The position numbers and the translations under genes are program-made. A stretch of 64,000 nucleotides of DNA, taken from positions 433,477-497,476 of the forward strand of contig JASGHI010000004.1 of the NCBI GenBank assembly GCA_049841155.1, read 5' to 3'. Below are positions 1-8,681 of this stretch, piece by piece; the stretch's first letter is position 1, and every line of letters starts with the position of its first letter. Source of the stretch: Steroidobacteraceae bacterium (lineage in GTDB: Bacteria > Pseudomonadota > Gammaproteobacteria > Steroidobacterales > Steroidobacteraceae). Under the pieces are notes generated by a model. The model was given only the letters and a program-made list of their open reading frames with translations, had not been told where the DNA came from and made no database searches.

Positions 1-79
1 GAAGGACTACGGCGCCGTGATCCGCGCCATGCGTGAAGCCATTGCCGCAGGTGGGCGGCCGCTGCCGCTGCGGGCTTGA
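1..79 (+). CDS. 3' end of an unidentified upstream gene (partial; ...KDYGAVIRAMREAIAAGGRPLPLRA*)
   Basis: Frame 2 is open from the window edge to TGA at 77-79 and uses GC3-rich codons. 25 aa is too short to name a product. Confidence 0.25.
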   Translation, partial: KDYGAVIRAMREAIAAGGRPLPLRA

Positions 80-115
80 ACCAGGCGCCGGCCCTTCAGA
101 GGCCGGGCCAGCGCA

Positions 116-865
116 TCAATCCTCGTCGTCCTCGTCTTCGTCGTCGAAGTGCGTGACAGCAGGTCTGGCGCGCGCCTTGTCGGCGCCCTGGGTGGCCGGC
201 ACGATCACCGGCCGCGTTTTCATCTTGGGGCGCGCATTGAACACGACGATGGTCTTGCCGGTGGCGCGCAGCAGACCCTGCTCTTCGAGCACCTTGAGCA
301 CGCGGCCGGCCATTTCGCGCGAGCAGCCCACCAGGCGCGAAAGCTCCTGGCGCGAAACCTTGATCTGCATGCCTTCCGGATGCGTCATCGCATCGGGTTC
401 GCCGCACAGGTCCATGATGGCGTGCGCCACGCGGCCGGTGACGTCGACGAAGGCGAGGTCGCCCAGCTTGCGGTTGGTGCGGTCCAGGCGCGTGGCCAGC
501 TGCGTCGCGAGCTCGAACACCAGGCCCGGCGATTCGGCCGCAATCTGGCGGAAGCGCGGATAGGTCATCTCCGCGAGCTCGCACTGGTTGCGCGTGCGCA
601 CCCAGGCGCTGCGTGTGGGCGTTTCGTGGAACAGGCCCATCTCGCCGAAGAACTGGCCCTTGTTGAGGTAAGCCAGCACCATCTCGTTGCCTTCCTCGTC
701 CTCGATCATCACCTCGACCGAGCCGCTGATGATGTAGTAGAGGACGTCGGGCAGGTCGCCCGCGTGGATGATGACGGTCTTGGACGGAACGGTGCGGATC
801 CGGCAATAGCTGAGGAAGCGGTTGATCGCCGGGATGTCGCTCAACGGCTTGATGCTGTCTTCCAT
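116..865 (-). CDS. crp: CRP/FNR-family cyclic-nucleotide-binding transcription regulator (Clp/Vfr-like) with an unusual C-terminal extension
   Basis: 249 aa. cNMP-binding core (YYIISGSVEV...GEMGLF) and C-terminal HTH (VSRQELSRLVGCSREMAGRVLKVL) align to Clp/Vfr. An extra tail ends in DDEDEDDED. Confidence 0.9.
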   Translation of the reverse strand: MEDSIKPLSDIPAINRFLSYCRIRTVPSKTVIIHAGDLPDVLYYIISGSVEVMIEDEEGNEMVLAYLNKGQFFGEMGLFHETPTRSAWVRTRNQCELAEMTYPRFRQIAAESPGLVFELATQLATRLDRTNRKLGDLAFVDVTGRVAHAIMDLCGEPDAMTHPEGMQIKVSRQELSRLVGCSREMAGRVLKVLEEQGLLRATGKTIVVFNARPKMKTRPVIVPATQGADKARARPAVTHFDDEDEDDED

Positions 866-968
866 TGTTCTAATTCTCGTCCCTTGGGTTCTGCGGCAAG
901 TCTGCGCGGCCTTTGTATTACATAACGCGCAGTCGTGGCAACCGCGCGGGTCGTGAGCCAGTTCGCAA

Positions 969-1601
969 TTATATCCAGCGGGCGGTGCCGGTCATCACGC
1001 GGGCGGTGGCGCGCATGGCCGCCCGGACGGGAGCCGGCAGCTCGATGCCGCCCGAGGCCCGTGCCCGAGCACCGTGTTCGATCTCGTCCTCCCGCATCTG
1101 CTCGAGGATGGCGCGGCTGCGCTGGTCGTTCGGCGGCAGGCGCTCCAGGTGTGAATCCAGATGTGCTTCGACCTGGCGCTCGGTCTCCGAAACGAAACCC
1201 AGTCCCACCTTGTCGCCGGCAAGGCCAGCCACGGCGCCGATGGTGAAGGAGCCCAGGTACCAAAGCGGGGTCAGCAGGCTCGGCCGGTCGGACAGTTCGC
1301 GCAACCGCAGCTCGCACCAGGCGAGGTGGTCGGTTTCCTCCCGGGCTGCGTTGTCGAGCTGCTCGCGCAGCAGCGGATTGCCGGCCAGCAGGGCCTGCCC
1401 GTGGTAGAGGCCCTGGGCGGCCATTTCGCCTGCGTGGTTGACCCGCATCAGCGCGGCAGCCTCGCGCCGTTCGGCTTCGGTGAGGGGGATGGGCGCCGGT
1501 CCCGGAACCGGCCGGGCGGGGCGGGCAGGCGCCAGCATGGAGCGCAGCGCGCGGTCCACCGTCGCAAGCACCTGATCGGCAAGGGAGGTTTGAGGTTCCA
1601 T
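969..1601 (-). CDS. coq7: Demethoxyubiquinone hydroxylase (di-iron Coq7 family)
   Basis: [12 protein letters not shown]...EETDHLAWC...EDEIEHG di-iron carboxylate motifs, collinear with Pseudomonas Coq7. I chose the ATG at 1601 (MEPQTS...) over the upstream TTG at 1658. Confidence 0.88.
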   Translation of the reverse strand: MEPQTSLADQVLATVDRALRSMLAPARPARPVPGPAPIPLTEAERREAAALMRVNHAGEMAAQGLYHGQALLAGNPLLREQLDNAAREETDHLAWCELRLRELSDRPSLLTPLWYLGSFTIGAVAGLAGDKVGLGFVSETERQVEAHLDSHLERLPPNDQRSRAILEQMREDEIEHGARARASGGIELPAPVRAAMRATARVMTGTARWI

Positions 1602-1746
1602 GGGAGGCAGAATACAAGCCCGGAAGGGGCCGTGGGGCACTGCCGGACACCTTTGCAATGATGCGGGGGCTTCGATTAAACTCTGCGGCCCATTTTTCAG
1701 GCCCTCCGAAACTTAGGATTTCGGGGCACACGACCGGGAAGCCAAC

Positions 1747-2175
1747 ATGAGCACAGTATTCGCCAAGCCCGCCACCGTCCGGGCGGACTGGTACGTCGTC
1801 GATGCCGCCGGCAAGACGCTGGGCCGCCTTGCCACGCAGCTGGCGCATCGCCTGCGCGGCAAGCACAAGGCCGACTACAGCCCGCACGTGGACATGGGCG
1901 ACAACCTCATCGTGCTGAACGTGGAGAAGATCCGCGTCACCGGCAACAAGCTCGAGGACAAGTTCTACCACCACCACACCGGCTACATGGGCAACCTCAA
2001 GTCCATCTCGCTGGGCAAGCTGCTGCAGGAGCACCCCGAGCGGGCGCTGCAGTTCGCGGTGAAGGGCATGCTGCCGAAGAACACGCTCGGCCGCGCCATG
2101 TTCCGCAAGCTGCACGTGTTCGCGGGCGACAAGCACCCGCACCAGGCGCAGCAGCCCAAGACGCTCGATATTTAA
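1747..2175 (+). CDS. rplM: 50S ribosomal protein L13
   Basis: 142 aa, full-length match to the L13 pattern (WYVVDA..KTLGRLA..LRGKHK). Followed by rpsI as in most bacteria. Confidence 0.97.
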   Translation: MSTVFAKPATVRADWYVVDAAGKTLGRLATQLAHRLRGKHKADYSPHVDMGDNLIVLNVEKIRVTGNKLEDKFYHHHTGYMGNLKSISLGKLLQEHPERALQFAVKGMLPKNTLGRAMFRKLHVFAGDKHPHQAQQPKTLDI

Positions 2176-2187
2176 GGAAAGCTACAG

Positions 2188-2577
2188 ATGGCATCGACCC
2201 AATACGGCACCGGCCGGCGCAAGACTGCAACGGCGCGCGTGTACGTGAAGTCCGGTACCGGCAAGATCACCGTCAACGACCGCCCGCTGGACGAGTTCTT
2301 CGGCCGCGAGACCGGCCGCATGATCGTGCGCCAGCCGCTGGAGCTGGCCCAGCTTGCCGACCGCTTCGACATCAGCGTGACGGTTGCCGGCGGCGGCATC
2401 ACCGGCCAGGCCGGCGCCATCCGCCACGGCATCACTCGCGCGCTGATCGAATACGATGAGACGCTGCGTTCGCCGCTGCGCCAGGCCGGCTTCGTCACCC
2501 GCGACGCCCGCGAGGTGGAGCGCAAGAAGGTCGGCCGCCGCAAGGCCCGCCGCGGCCCGCAGTACTCGAAGCGATAA
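2188..2577 (+). CDS. rpsI: 30S ribosomal protein S9
   Basis: 129 aa ending ...RRGPQYSKR, the typical S9 C-terminus. 12 nt after rplM. Confidence 0.97.
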   Translation: MASTQYGTGRRKTATARVYVKSGTGKITVNDRPLDEFFGRETGRMIVRQPLELAQLADRFDISVTVAGGGITGQAGAIRHGITRALIEYDETLRSPLRQAGFVTRDAREVERKKVGRRKARRGPQYSKR

Positions 2578-2603
2578 GCGAAATCGGCCTTCGGCCATTT
2601 CGC
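2578..2603 (+). terminator. Hairpin immediately after the rpsI stop (putative intrinsic terminator)
   Basis: GCGAAAT(c)GGCC-ttc-GGCCATTTCGC stem (11 bp, one bulge) starts at the first base after TAA. A modestly T-rich stretch (cacTTCGTTTG) follows. Confidence 0.4.
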
Positions 2604-2692
2604 GGATCACTTCGTTTGCGGCAGCGGGAAGTAAATTCCCGCTGCCTGCGAAGCAGCCCGGCGCGCTGATGCGCGCGGAAGCAGGAATGTGG

Positions 2693-2766
2693 TGGGGGAT
2701 CGTCCAGCGGTAGGACTACGGACTCTGACTCCGTCAACCTAGGTTCGAATCCTAGTCCCCCAGCCA
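2693..2766 (+). tRNA. tRNA-Gln (anticodon CUG), encoded CCA end
   Basis: 74 nt. Acceptor stem UGGGGGA/UCCCCCA, anticodon stem ACGGA/UCCGU with loop CU-CUG-AC, T-arm GGTTCGAATCC, 3' GCCA. Close to the E. coli tRNA-Gln architecture. Confidence 0.92.
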
Positions 2767-2768
2767 AC

Positions 2769-4532
2769 TCACCGCGTCTTGGCCCAGGAATCGCGCAGCG
2801 TCACGACGCGATTGAACACCGGCGCTTCCGGCTTCGAGTCCACGCGGTCAGCCACGAAATAGCCGTGCCGTTCGAACTGGCAGCTCGATCCGGCCTGCGC
2901 CTGCTGCAGGGCCGGCTCCAGTTGGGCGCGAATCACGCGTTTGGCGTCCGGGTTGATGTCCAGCAGGAAGTCGCGCTCACCCGCGCCGGGGTTCGGGACG
3001 CCGAACAGCCGATCGTAAAGCCGTACCTCGCATTCGCAGGCGGCCTGCACAGCCACCCAATGCACATTGCCCTTCACCTTGTACTGGTCCGCGCCCGCCG
3101 ACCCGGAGTGTGAGTCGGGGAAGTAGTTGCAGTGCACCGCGACAATCCTTCCGGCGGCATCCTGCTCGCAGCCGGTGCATTCCACGACATATCCATAGCG
3201 CAGCCGGACGCGATTCCCGGGATAGAGCCGGAAATAGCCCTTGCTCGGGGTCAGCATGAAATCGTCCCGCTCGATCCACAGCTCGCGCGCGAACAGCAGT
3301 TCGCGCGCGCCCAGCTCCGGCCGTTGCGGATGGTTCGGCGCGACGCATCGTTCGGTCTGCCCATCGGGGTAGTTGTCGATGATGAGCTTCACCGGGTCCA
3401 GTACGCCGATTCGCCGCGGAGCGGTCTCGTTCAGGTGATTGCGCACGCAGTCTTCCAGCACACCCATGTCGATCCAGGAATCGGACCTGGAAACGCCGAT
3501 CCGCTCGGCAAACGCCCGGATTGCCTCGGGCGTGAACCCGCGCCGGCGCGCACCGGCCAGCGTCGGCATGCGGGGGTCATCCCAGCCGCCGACGTGGCCT
3601 TCTTCGACCAGCTGCATCAGCTTGCGCTTGGACAGCACCGTGTAGCTGAGATTCAGGCGGGAGAACTCGTACTGCTGCGGCAGCGGCAACGGAAAGAATC
3701 CCGCCTCGTGCAGGCGCTCGAGCAGCCAGTTGTAGAAGGGCCGCTGGTCTTCGAATTCCAGCGTGCACAGCGAATGGGTGATGTTCTCCAGCGCATCCTC
3801 GATCGGGTGCGCGAAGGTGTACATCGGGTAGATGCACCAGGTATCGCCCGTATTGTGGTGATGCGCGTGGCGGATCCGGTAGATGGGCGGATCGCGCAGA
3901 TTCATGTTCGGGGAGGCCATGTCGACCTTTGCCCGCAGCACATGCGCGCCATCGGGAAACTCGCCGCGCCGCATGCGCTCGAACAGGTCGAGATTCTCGG
4001 CGGGGCTGCGCGTGCGATGGGGGCTGTCCTTGCCCGCTTCGGTCAGGGTGCCGCGATTGGCCCGCATCTCTTCCGGGCTCTGGCTGTCGACATAGGCGTG
4101 GCCGCGCTCGATCAGTGCCACGGCGCAGCGGTGCATCGTCTCGAAGTAGTTCGAGGCGAAGTAGAGATTCGGGCCCCAGTCGAAACCCAGCCAACTCACC
4201 ACATCGACGATCGAATCGACGTATTGCTGTTCTTCACGCGCCGGATTGGTGTCGTCGAAGCGCAGGTGGCAGGCGCCGCCGAACTCCTGCGCCAGACCGA
4301 AGTTCAGGCAGATCGACTTGGCGTGCCCGAGGTGCAGGTAGCCGTTCGGCTCAGGCGGAAAACGCGTGCGAATGCGCGCCGGGTCGAGCGGACCGGATGC
4401 GTGCTGCGCCGCCTCGCCGGGCTCGCCAGCCCAGTGTCGTGAGGCGTACTTGTCTGCGGCAAGATCTGCCTCGACGATCTGATGGATGAAGTTGCTGGCC
4501 GGCTGGGCGGGCGCGGAATCTTTGGCTGCCAT
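2769..4532 (-). CDS. glnS: Glutaminyl-tRNA synthetase
   Basis: 587 aa with class I motifs (PEPNGYLHLGHAKS; VLSKRKL = KMSKS-like). Collinear with E. coli and Pseudomonas GlnRS. Confidence 0.96.
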   Translation of the reverse strand: MAAKDSAPAQPASNFIHQIVEADLAADKYASRHWAGEPGEAAQHASGPLDPARIRTRFPPEPNGYLHLGHAKSICLNFGLAQEFGGACHLRFDDTNPAREEQQYVDSIVDVVSWLGFDWGPNLYFASNYFETMHRCAVALIERGHAYVDSQSPEEMRANRGTLTEAGKDSPHRTRSPAENLDLFERMRRGEFPDGAHVLRAKVDMASPNMNLRDPPIYRIRHAHHHNTGDTWCIYPMYTFAHPIEDALENITHSLCTLEFEDQRPFYNWLLERLHEAGFFPLPLPQQYEFSRLNLSYTVLSKRKLMQLVEEGHVGGWDDPRMPTLAGARRRGFTPEAIRAFAERIGVSRSDSWIDMGVLEDCVRNHLNETAPRRIGVLDPVKLIIDNYPDGQTERCVAPNHPQRPELGARELLFARELWIERDDFMLTPSKGYFRLYPGNRVRLRYGYVVECTGCEQDAAGRIVAVHCNYFPDSHSGSAGADQYKVKGNVHWVAVQAACECEVRLYDRLFGVPNPGAGERDFLLDINPDAKRVIRAQLEPALQQAQAGSSCQFERHGYFVADRVDSKPEAPVFNRVVTLRDSWAKTR

Positions 4533-4558
4533 AAGCCCGGTAGTTTACCTTACTGCAG

Positions 4559-6154
4559 TCAGCGCGCCGTCGCGAGCAGGAAGTCGGCGCAGCGCTCGGC
4601 GATCATGATCGTGGGCGCATTGGTATTGCCGCGTACGATCGTCGGCATCACCGATGCGTCGCATACCCGCAGGCGGCCCACTCCACGCAGGCGCAACTGG
4701 GGATCCACCACGGCCGCTGCATCGCTGCCCATCCGGCAGGTGCAGGACGGATGGTAGACCGTCTTGGCGAGGTTGCGCACATGGGTTTCGAGCACCGCAT
4801 CGGACAGCTGCTCGTCGCGTCCCGGCGCGATTTCCTCGCTGACCATGGCCTGCAGCGACGGCGCACGCAGGATGCGCCGTGCCAGTTTCACGCCGCGCAC
4901 CAGCGTATCCACATCGGCCTGTTCACGCAGATAGCCGCCATCGAAGATGATGGGAACAGCCGGATCGGGGCTGCGCAGGCGCACGCTGCCGCGCGAGCGT
5001 GGCTGTAGGAAACAGGGGTTGATCGTCAGGCCATGGCCGGCCGGCGCATCACGGCCCACGTCACCGGCCAGCGTCGGCAGCACATGGAACTGCACATCGG
5101 CACGTCCCGAGCCATCGGTATCGACGAAACCGCCGCTTTCGACCACGTTGGAGGTCAGCAGCCCGCTGCGCAGCGCCAGCCATTGGGCACTATGCCGAAG
5201 CGCGCGCAGGCCTCGGTCCTCGCCCAGCAGGCTGATCGGCTCCCGCGTGCGGCAGTAGACCGGCACCTCCAGGTGATCCTGGTAGTTCTGGCCCACGCCC
5301 GGCAGGTCGCGCAGCACGGCAATGCCATGCTGCTGCAACTGTGCACCCGGACCGATGCCTGACAGCATCAACAGCTTCGGCGAGGCCAGTGCGCCCGCCG
5401 CGAGGATCACCTCGTTCCGCGCCAGTGCGGTGGTTTCGAGCCCGTCCCCGACGCGGTAGGCCACGCCCGCCGCCTCGCCATCGCGCATCAGCACCCGCTG
5501 CACCTGCGCGCCGGTGATCACCTGCAGCAGCGGGTTGTGCAGCACCTGCGCAAGGTAGGTGGCCGCCGTGCTGCCGCGCGCGCCCTCATGCGTCGTCGTC
5601 TGGTAGAAACCCACACCGCGCTGCTCGGCGCCGTTGAAGTCGTGGTTGTAGGAGAGTCCGGTCTCCTGCGCGGCCTTCACGAATGCCAGGCTCAAAGGGT
5701 GGCGAAAGCGTGGGTCGCTGACCACAAGAGGGCCGGAGATGCCATGCAGCGGCTCGGACAGGCGCTGGTTGCGCTCGGCGCGCTTGAACACCGGCAGCAC
5801 ATTGTGCCAGCCCCAGCCTGTGCACCCCTGTGACTCCCATTCGTCATAATCGCGCGCCGTGCCGCGGATGTAGACCATCGCATTGACCGAACTGCCGCCA
5901 CCGAGCGTGCGCCCCTGCGGCACCGTCATGCGTCGACCGCCGGCTGCGGGTTGCGGCTCGGTTTCGTACAGCCATGTGCGCCGGGTGCCGATCACGCGCA
6001 CGAAAGTCGCCGGCATGCGGACGTAGAGGGAGTCGTCCTTCGGCCCGGCCTCGAGCAGCAGGACTGTGCGCCCTGCCTGCACCAGCCGCTGCGTCACGAC
6101 GCAGCCTGCCGAACCACCCCCTACCACCACGTAGTCGAAACCCGTTTCCGCCAC
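4559..6154 (-). CDS. GMC-family FAD oxidoreductase (choline/alcohol dehydrogenase-like)
   Basis: 531 aa. N-terminal DYVVVGGGSAGCV Rossmann motif, GMC signature region and C-terminal HPSCTCRMG active-site block. Confidence 0.85.
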   Translation of the reverse strand: MAETGFDYVVVGGGSAGCVVTQRLVQAGRTVLLLEAGPKDDSLYVRMPATFVRVIGTRRTWLYETEPQPAAGGRRMTVPQGRTLGGGSSVNAMVYIRGTARDYDEWESQGCTGWGWHNVLPVFKRAERNQRLSEPLHGISGPLVVSDPRFRHPLSLAFVKAAQETGLSYNHDFNGAEQRGVGFYQTTTHEGARGSTAATYLAQVLHNPLLQVITGAQVQRVLMRDGEAAGVAYRVGDGLETTALARNEVILAAGALASPKLLMLSGIGPGAQLQQHGIAVLRDLPGVGQNYQDHLEVPVYCRTREPISLLGEDRGLRALRHSAQWLALRSGLLTSNVVESGGFVDTDGSGRADVQFHVLPTLAGDVGRDAPAGHGLTINPCFLQPRSRGSVRLRSPDPAVPIIFDGGYLREQADVDTLVRGVKLARRILRAPSLQAMVSEEIAPGRDEQLSDAVLETHVRNLAKTVYHPSCTCRMGSDAAAVVDPQLRLRGVGRLRVCDASVMPTIVRGNTNAPTIMIAERCADFLLATAR

Positions 6155-6230
6155 GACCCTTCACTCCCTTGCGCTAGTGCAAGTCATCAAATGACTGGCA
6201 CGGGGCTCCGGAATCTCTACACTCCCGGAG

Positions 6231-7985
6231 ATGAAAACGGCTCCCTCTGCCGAAATGGCCGAATCCACCCCCTTTTCTTCGCTGGGTCTCCCCGACGCCG
6301 TATTGCGCGCCGTGAAAACCATCGGCTATGAATCGGCGTCTCCCATCCAGGCCGCGACCATCCCGGCATTGCTTGAAGGCGCCGATATCCTCGGCCAGGC
6401 GCAGACCGGCACCGGCAAGACGGCCGCGTTCGCCCTGCCTATCCTGTCACAGATCGCTCTGAAGCAGCACGCTCCCCAGGCACTGGTGCTGGTGCCCACT
6501 CGGGAGCTCGCCATACAGGTCGCCGAGGCTTTCCAGAAATACGCCACTGGCATGACCGGCTTCCATGTGCTGCCCATCTACGGCGGCCAGAGCTATGTAC
6601 CGCAACTCAATGCACTCAAGCGCGGCCCGCAGGTCATCGTGGGCACGCCGGGCCGCATCATCGATCACCTGGAGCGCGGCACCCTGCAGCTCGATTCCAT
6701 CCGGACTGTAGTGCTCGATGAAGCCGACGAGATGCTCGCCATGGGCTTTGCCGATGCCATGGAAGCCATCCTGTCGCGGACTCCGGCCGAGAAGCAGGTG
6801 GCACTGTTCTCCGCCACCATGGCGCCCAATATCAGGCGCATTGCCCAGCGCCACCTGAAGCAGCCGCGCGAGGTGGTCATCAAGGGCAAGACCGGCACTG
6901 CCGCCAACATCAGGCAGAGCTACTGGATGGTCAGCGGGCTGCACAAGCTCGATGCACTCACCCGCATCGTGGAAGTGGCCGAGTTCGATGCCATGCTGGT
7001 ATTCGTGCGCACCAAGCAGGCCACGATGGAACTGGCCGAGAAACTGCAGGCCAGGGGATTTTCGGCCGTCGCACTCAATGGTGATGTGCAGCAATCCATG
7101 CGCGAGAAGACGATTGCACAGCTCAAGGCCGGCAAGATAGACATCCTGGTGGCCACCGACGTGGCCGCACGTGGCCTTGATGTGGAACGCGTGACCCATG
7201 TGGTCAACTACGACGTTCCCTACGACACCGAGTCGTACGTGCATCGCATTGGCCGCACCGGGCGGGCGGGCCGCAGCGGCGAGGCCATCCTGTTTATCGC
7301 TCCGCGCGAGCGCAACCTGCTGCGCCTGATCGAACGCGCCACCCGCCAGACCATAGAGCCGCTGAGCCTGCCCAGTGTCGACGACGTGAACAGCCGGCGC
7401 CTCGCCAAATTCAAGGCGCGCATTGCCGACGTGCTGGCTGCAGGGAATATCAGTGATTTCCATCGTCAGGTGGTGCAGGAGGTAGCAAGGGAGAGCGGCG
7501 CTGATGTGCTGCATGTTGCCGCCGCCATTGCCTCCATGGTGGAGGGCGGCGCCCCCGTGACCTCATCCTGGCAACAACCTGCAGATGCACCGTCCGCAAA
7601 GGCGGACCAAGCCGAGCGGCGCAATTACAAGGATCAGCGCGATGAAAACGCACCGGAGCCGCCGTCCCTGCCGGAAGGCGCCTATGCGTTCGAGGATGAC
7701 GGCAAGCAGGTGGTATATCGCCTTGCCATAGGCCGACGGCGCGGTGCCCAGCCGGGCAACATCGTCGGAGCCATTGCCAACACGGCGCGGTTGTCCGGCG
7801 CGCACATCAATGGCGTGGATATCCGCGCCGACTACACACTGGTGCGTCTGCCTGCGAACCTGCCGCAACCAGTGCTCGATCTGCTGTCCAAGGTCAGGAT
7901 TCGCGGGCTGGCGCTGAACCTGCAGCCGCAGGGGCCGGCGCAGCCCGGCCCGAAGGCGCACCGCAAGGGATCAAGAAAGAAATAG
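6231..7985 (+). CDS. deaD: DEAD-box ATP-dependent RNA helicase (DeaD/CsdA type)
   Basis: Q-motif, AQTGTGKT, DEAD (VLDEADEM), SAT and HRIGRTGRAG motifs, plus a DbpA-like C-terminal RNA-binding domain. An alternative start lies at 6255. Confidence 0.93.
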   Translation: MKTAPSAEMAESTPFSSLGLPDAVLRAVKTIGYESASPIQAATIPALLEGADILGQAQTGTGKTAAFALPILSQIALKQHAPQALVLVPTRELAIQVAEAFQKYATGMTGFHVLPIYGGQSYVPQLNALKRGPQVIVGTPGRIIDHLERGTLQLDSIRTVVLDEADEMLAMGFADAMEAILSRTPAEKQVALFSATMAPNIRRIAQRHLKQPREVVIKGKTGTAANIRQSYWMVSGLHKLDALTRIVEVAEFDAMLVFVRTKQATMELAEKLQARGFSAVALNGDVQQSMREKTIAQLKAGKIDILVATDVAARGLDVERVTHVVNYDVPYDTESYVHRIGRTGRAGRSGEAILFIAPRERNLLRLIERATRQTIEPLSLPSVDDVNSRRLAKFKARIADVLAAGNISDFHRQVVQEVARESGADVLHVAAAIASMVEGGAPVTSSWQQPADAPSAKADQAERRNYKDQRDENAPEPPSLPEGAYAFEDDGKQVVYRLAIGRRRGAQPGNIVGAIANTARLSGAHINGVDIRADYTLVRLPANLPQPVLDLLSKVRIRGLALNLQPQGPAQPGPKAHRKGSRKK

Positions 7986-8042
7986 CGCGCTGGCAGGCCG
8001 GCCGGAATCGCGGAGCAATGCGGGACCCCTGATGAGGCCGTG

Positions 8043-8076
8043 ATCTGCGCGGCGTGGCGGTCTGCGCCGCGCAGAT
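8043..8076. terminator. 12-bp perfect hairpin between convergent deaD and the DUF1428 gene (possible bidirectional terminator)
   Basis: ATCTGCGCGGCG (8043-8054), a 10-nt loop, then CGCCGCGCAGAT (8065-8076). No clear U-tract. Confidence 0.4.
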
Positions 8077-8100
8077 GCTCGCGATGAGCCCGAAGCGGCT

Positions 8101-8463
8101 TCAGGAAGAGGAAACCACGGTCTTGAAGCCGCCCCAGAACATGCGCTTGCCATCAAACGGCATGTTGTCCGGGCCATAGCCCTGCATGCGTGGGTCGCTC
8201 ATGACCTTCTTCATCACCTGGTCGCGGTGACGGCGTGACTTGTACACCGCCCAGGAGAACCACACCTCTTCGCCGGCCTTGAGTTTCACCGCCTGCGGAA
8301 ACGAGGTGAGCTTGCCAGGCTGCACGTCATCGGCCACGCACTCGTGATATTCCAGCGCGCCGTGGTCCAGCCAGACCTTGCGGCCCAGCCGTGCCATTTT
8401 CAGGTAGGCGGCGCGATTCTTCTTCGGCACCGGGAGGATGAAGCCATCTACGTAGCGAGCCAT
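8101..8463 (-). CDS. DUF1428-family small protein
   Basis: 120 aa, MARYVDGFILPVPKKN...YLKMA pattern typical of DUF1428. Function unknown. Confidence 0.7.
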   Translation of the reverse strand: MARYVDGFILPVPKKNRAAYLKMARLGRKVWLDHGALEYHECVADDVQPGKLTSFPQAVKLKAGEEVWFSWAVYKSRRHRDQVMKKVMSDPRMQGYGPDNMPFDGKRMFWGGFKTVVSSS

Positions 8464-8681
8464 GGAAGTCTCCTTGTTTCAGCAGGAACCCGGGAGGGCA
8501 CTGGCATGACGACGATCGACGACCCGGGATTTCGACAGCAGTTCTTCTCCCGTACCGCACTATTCGGCATCATGAAGACCTCGCGTATCCTGCCTGATGA
8601 CAGGCCCCGCGATTCTGGTTTCCGTCTTGCGCCTCACAGCAAGACCCCATGGATGGCATGAATTGATGGTGGGAGACGCAA

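Noticed and set aside
841-2142. 433-aa minus-strand ORF covering coq7 (alternate frame) and rplM (antisense)
   Set aside because: It overlaps two unambiguous conserved genes (Coq7 and L13). Its composition is Arg/Pro/Gly/Ala-rich with no motifs.
2693-2900. tRNA gene as an integration hotspot (genomic island, integrase or direct repeat of the tRNA 3' end)
   Set aside because: The tRNA is directly flanked by housekeeping genes (rpsI and glnS). No integrase gene and no duplicated tRNA 3' segment is visible in the window.
3132-4442. 436-aa plus-strand ORF inside glnS
   Set aside because: It lies antisense to a full-length, motif-complete GlnRS and has no independent coding evidence.
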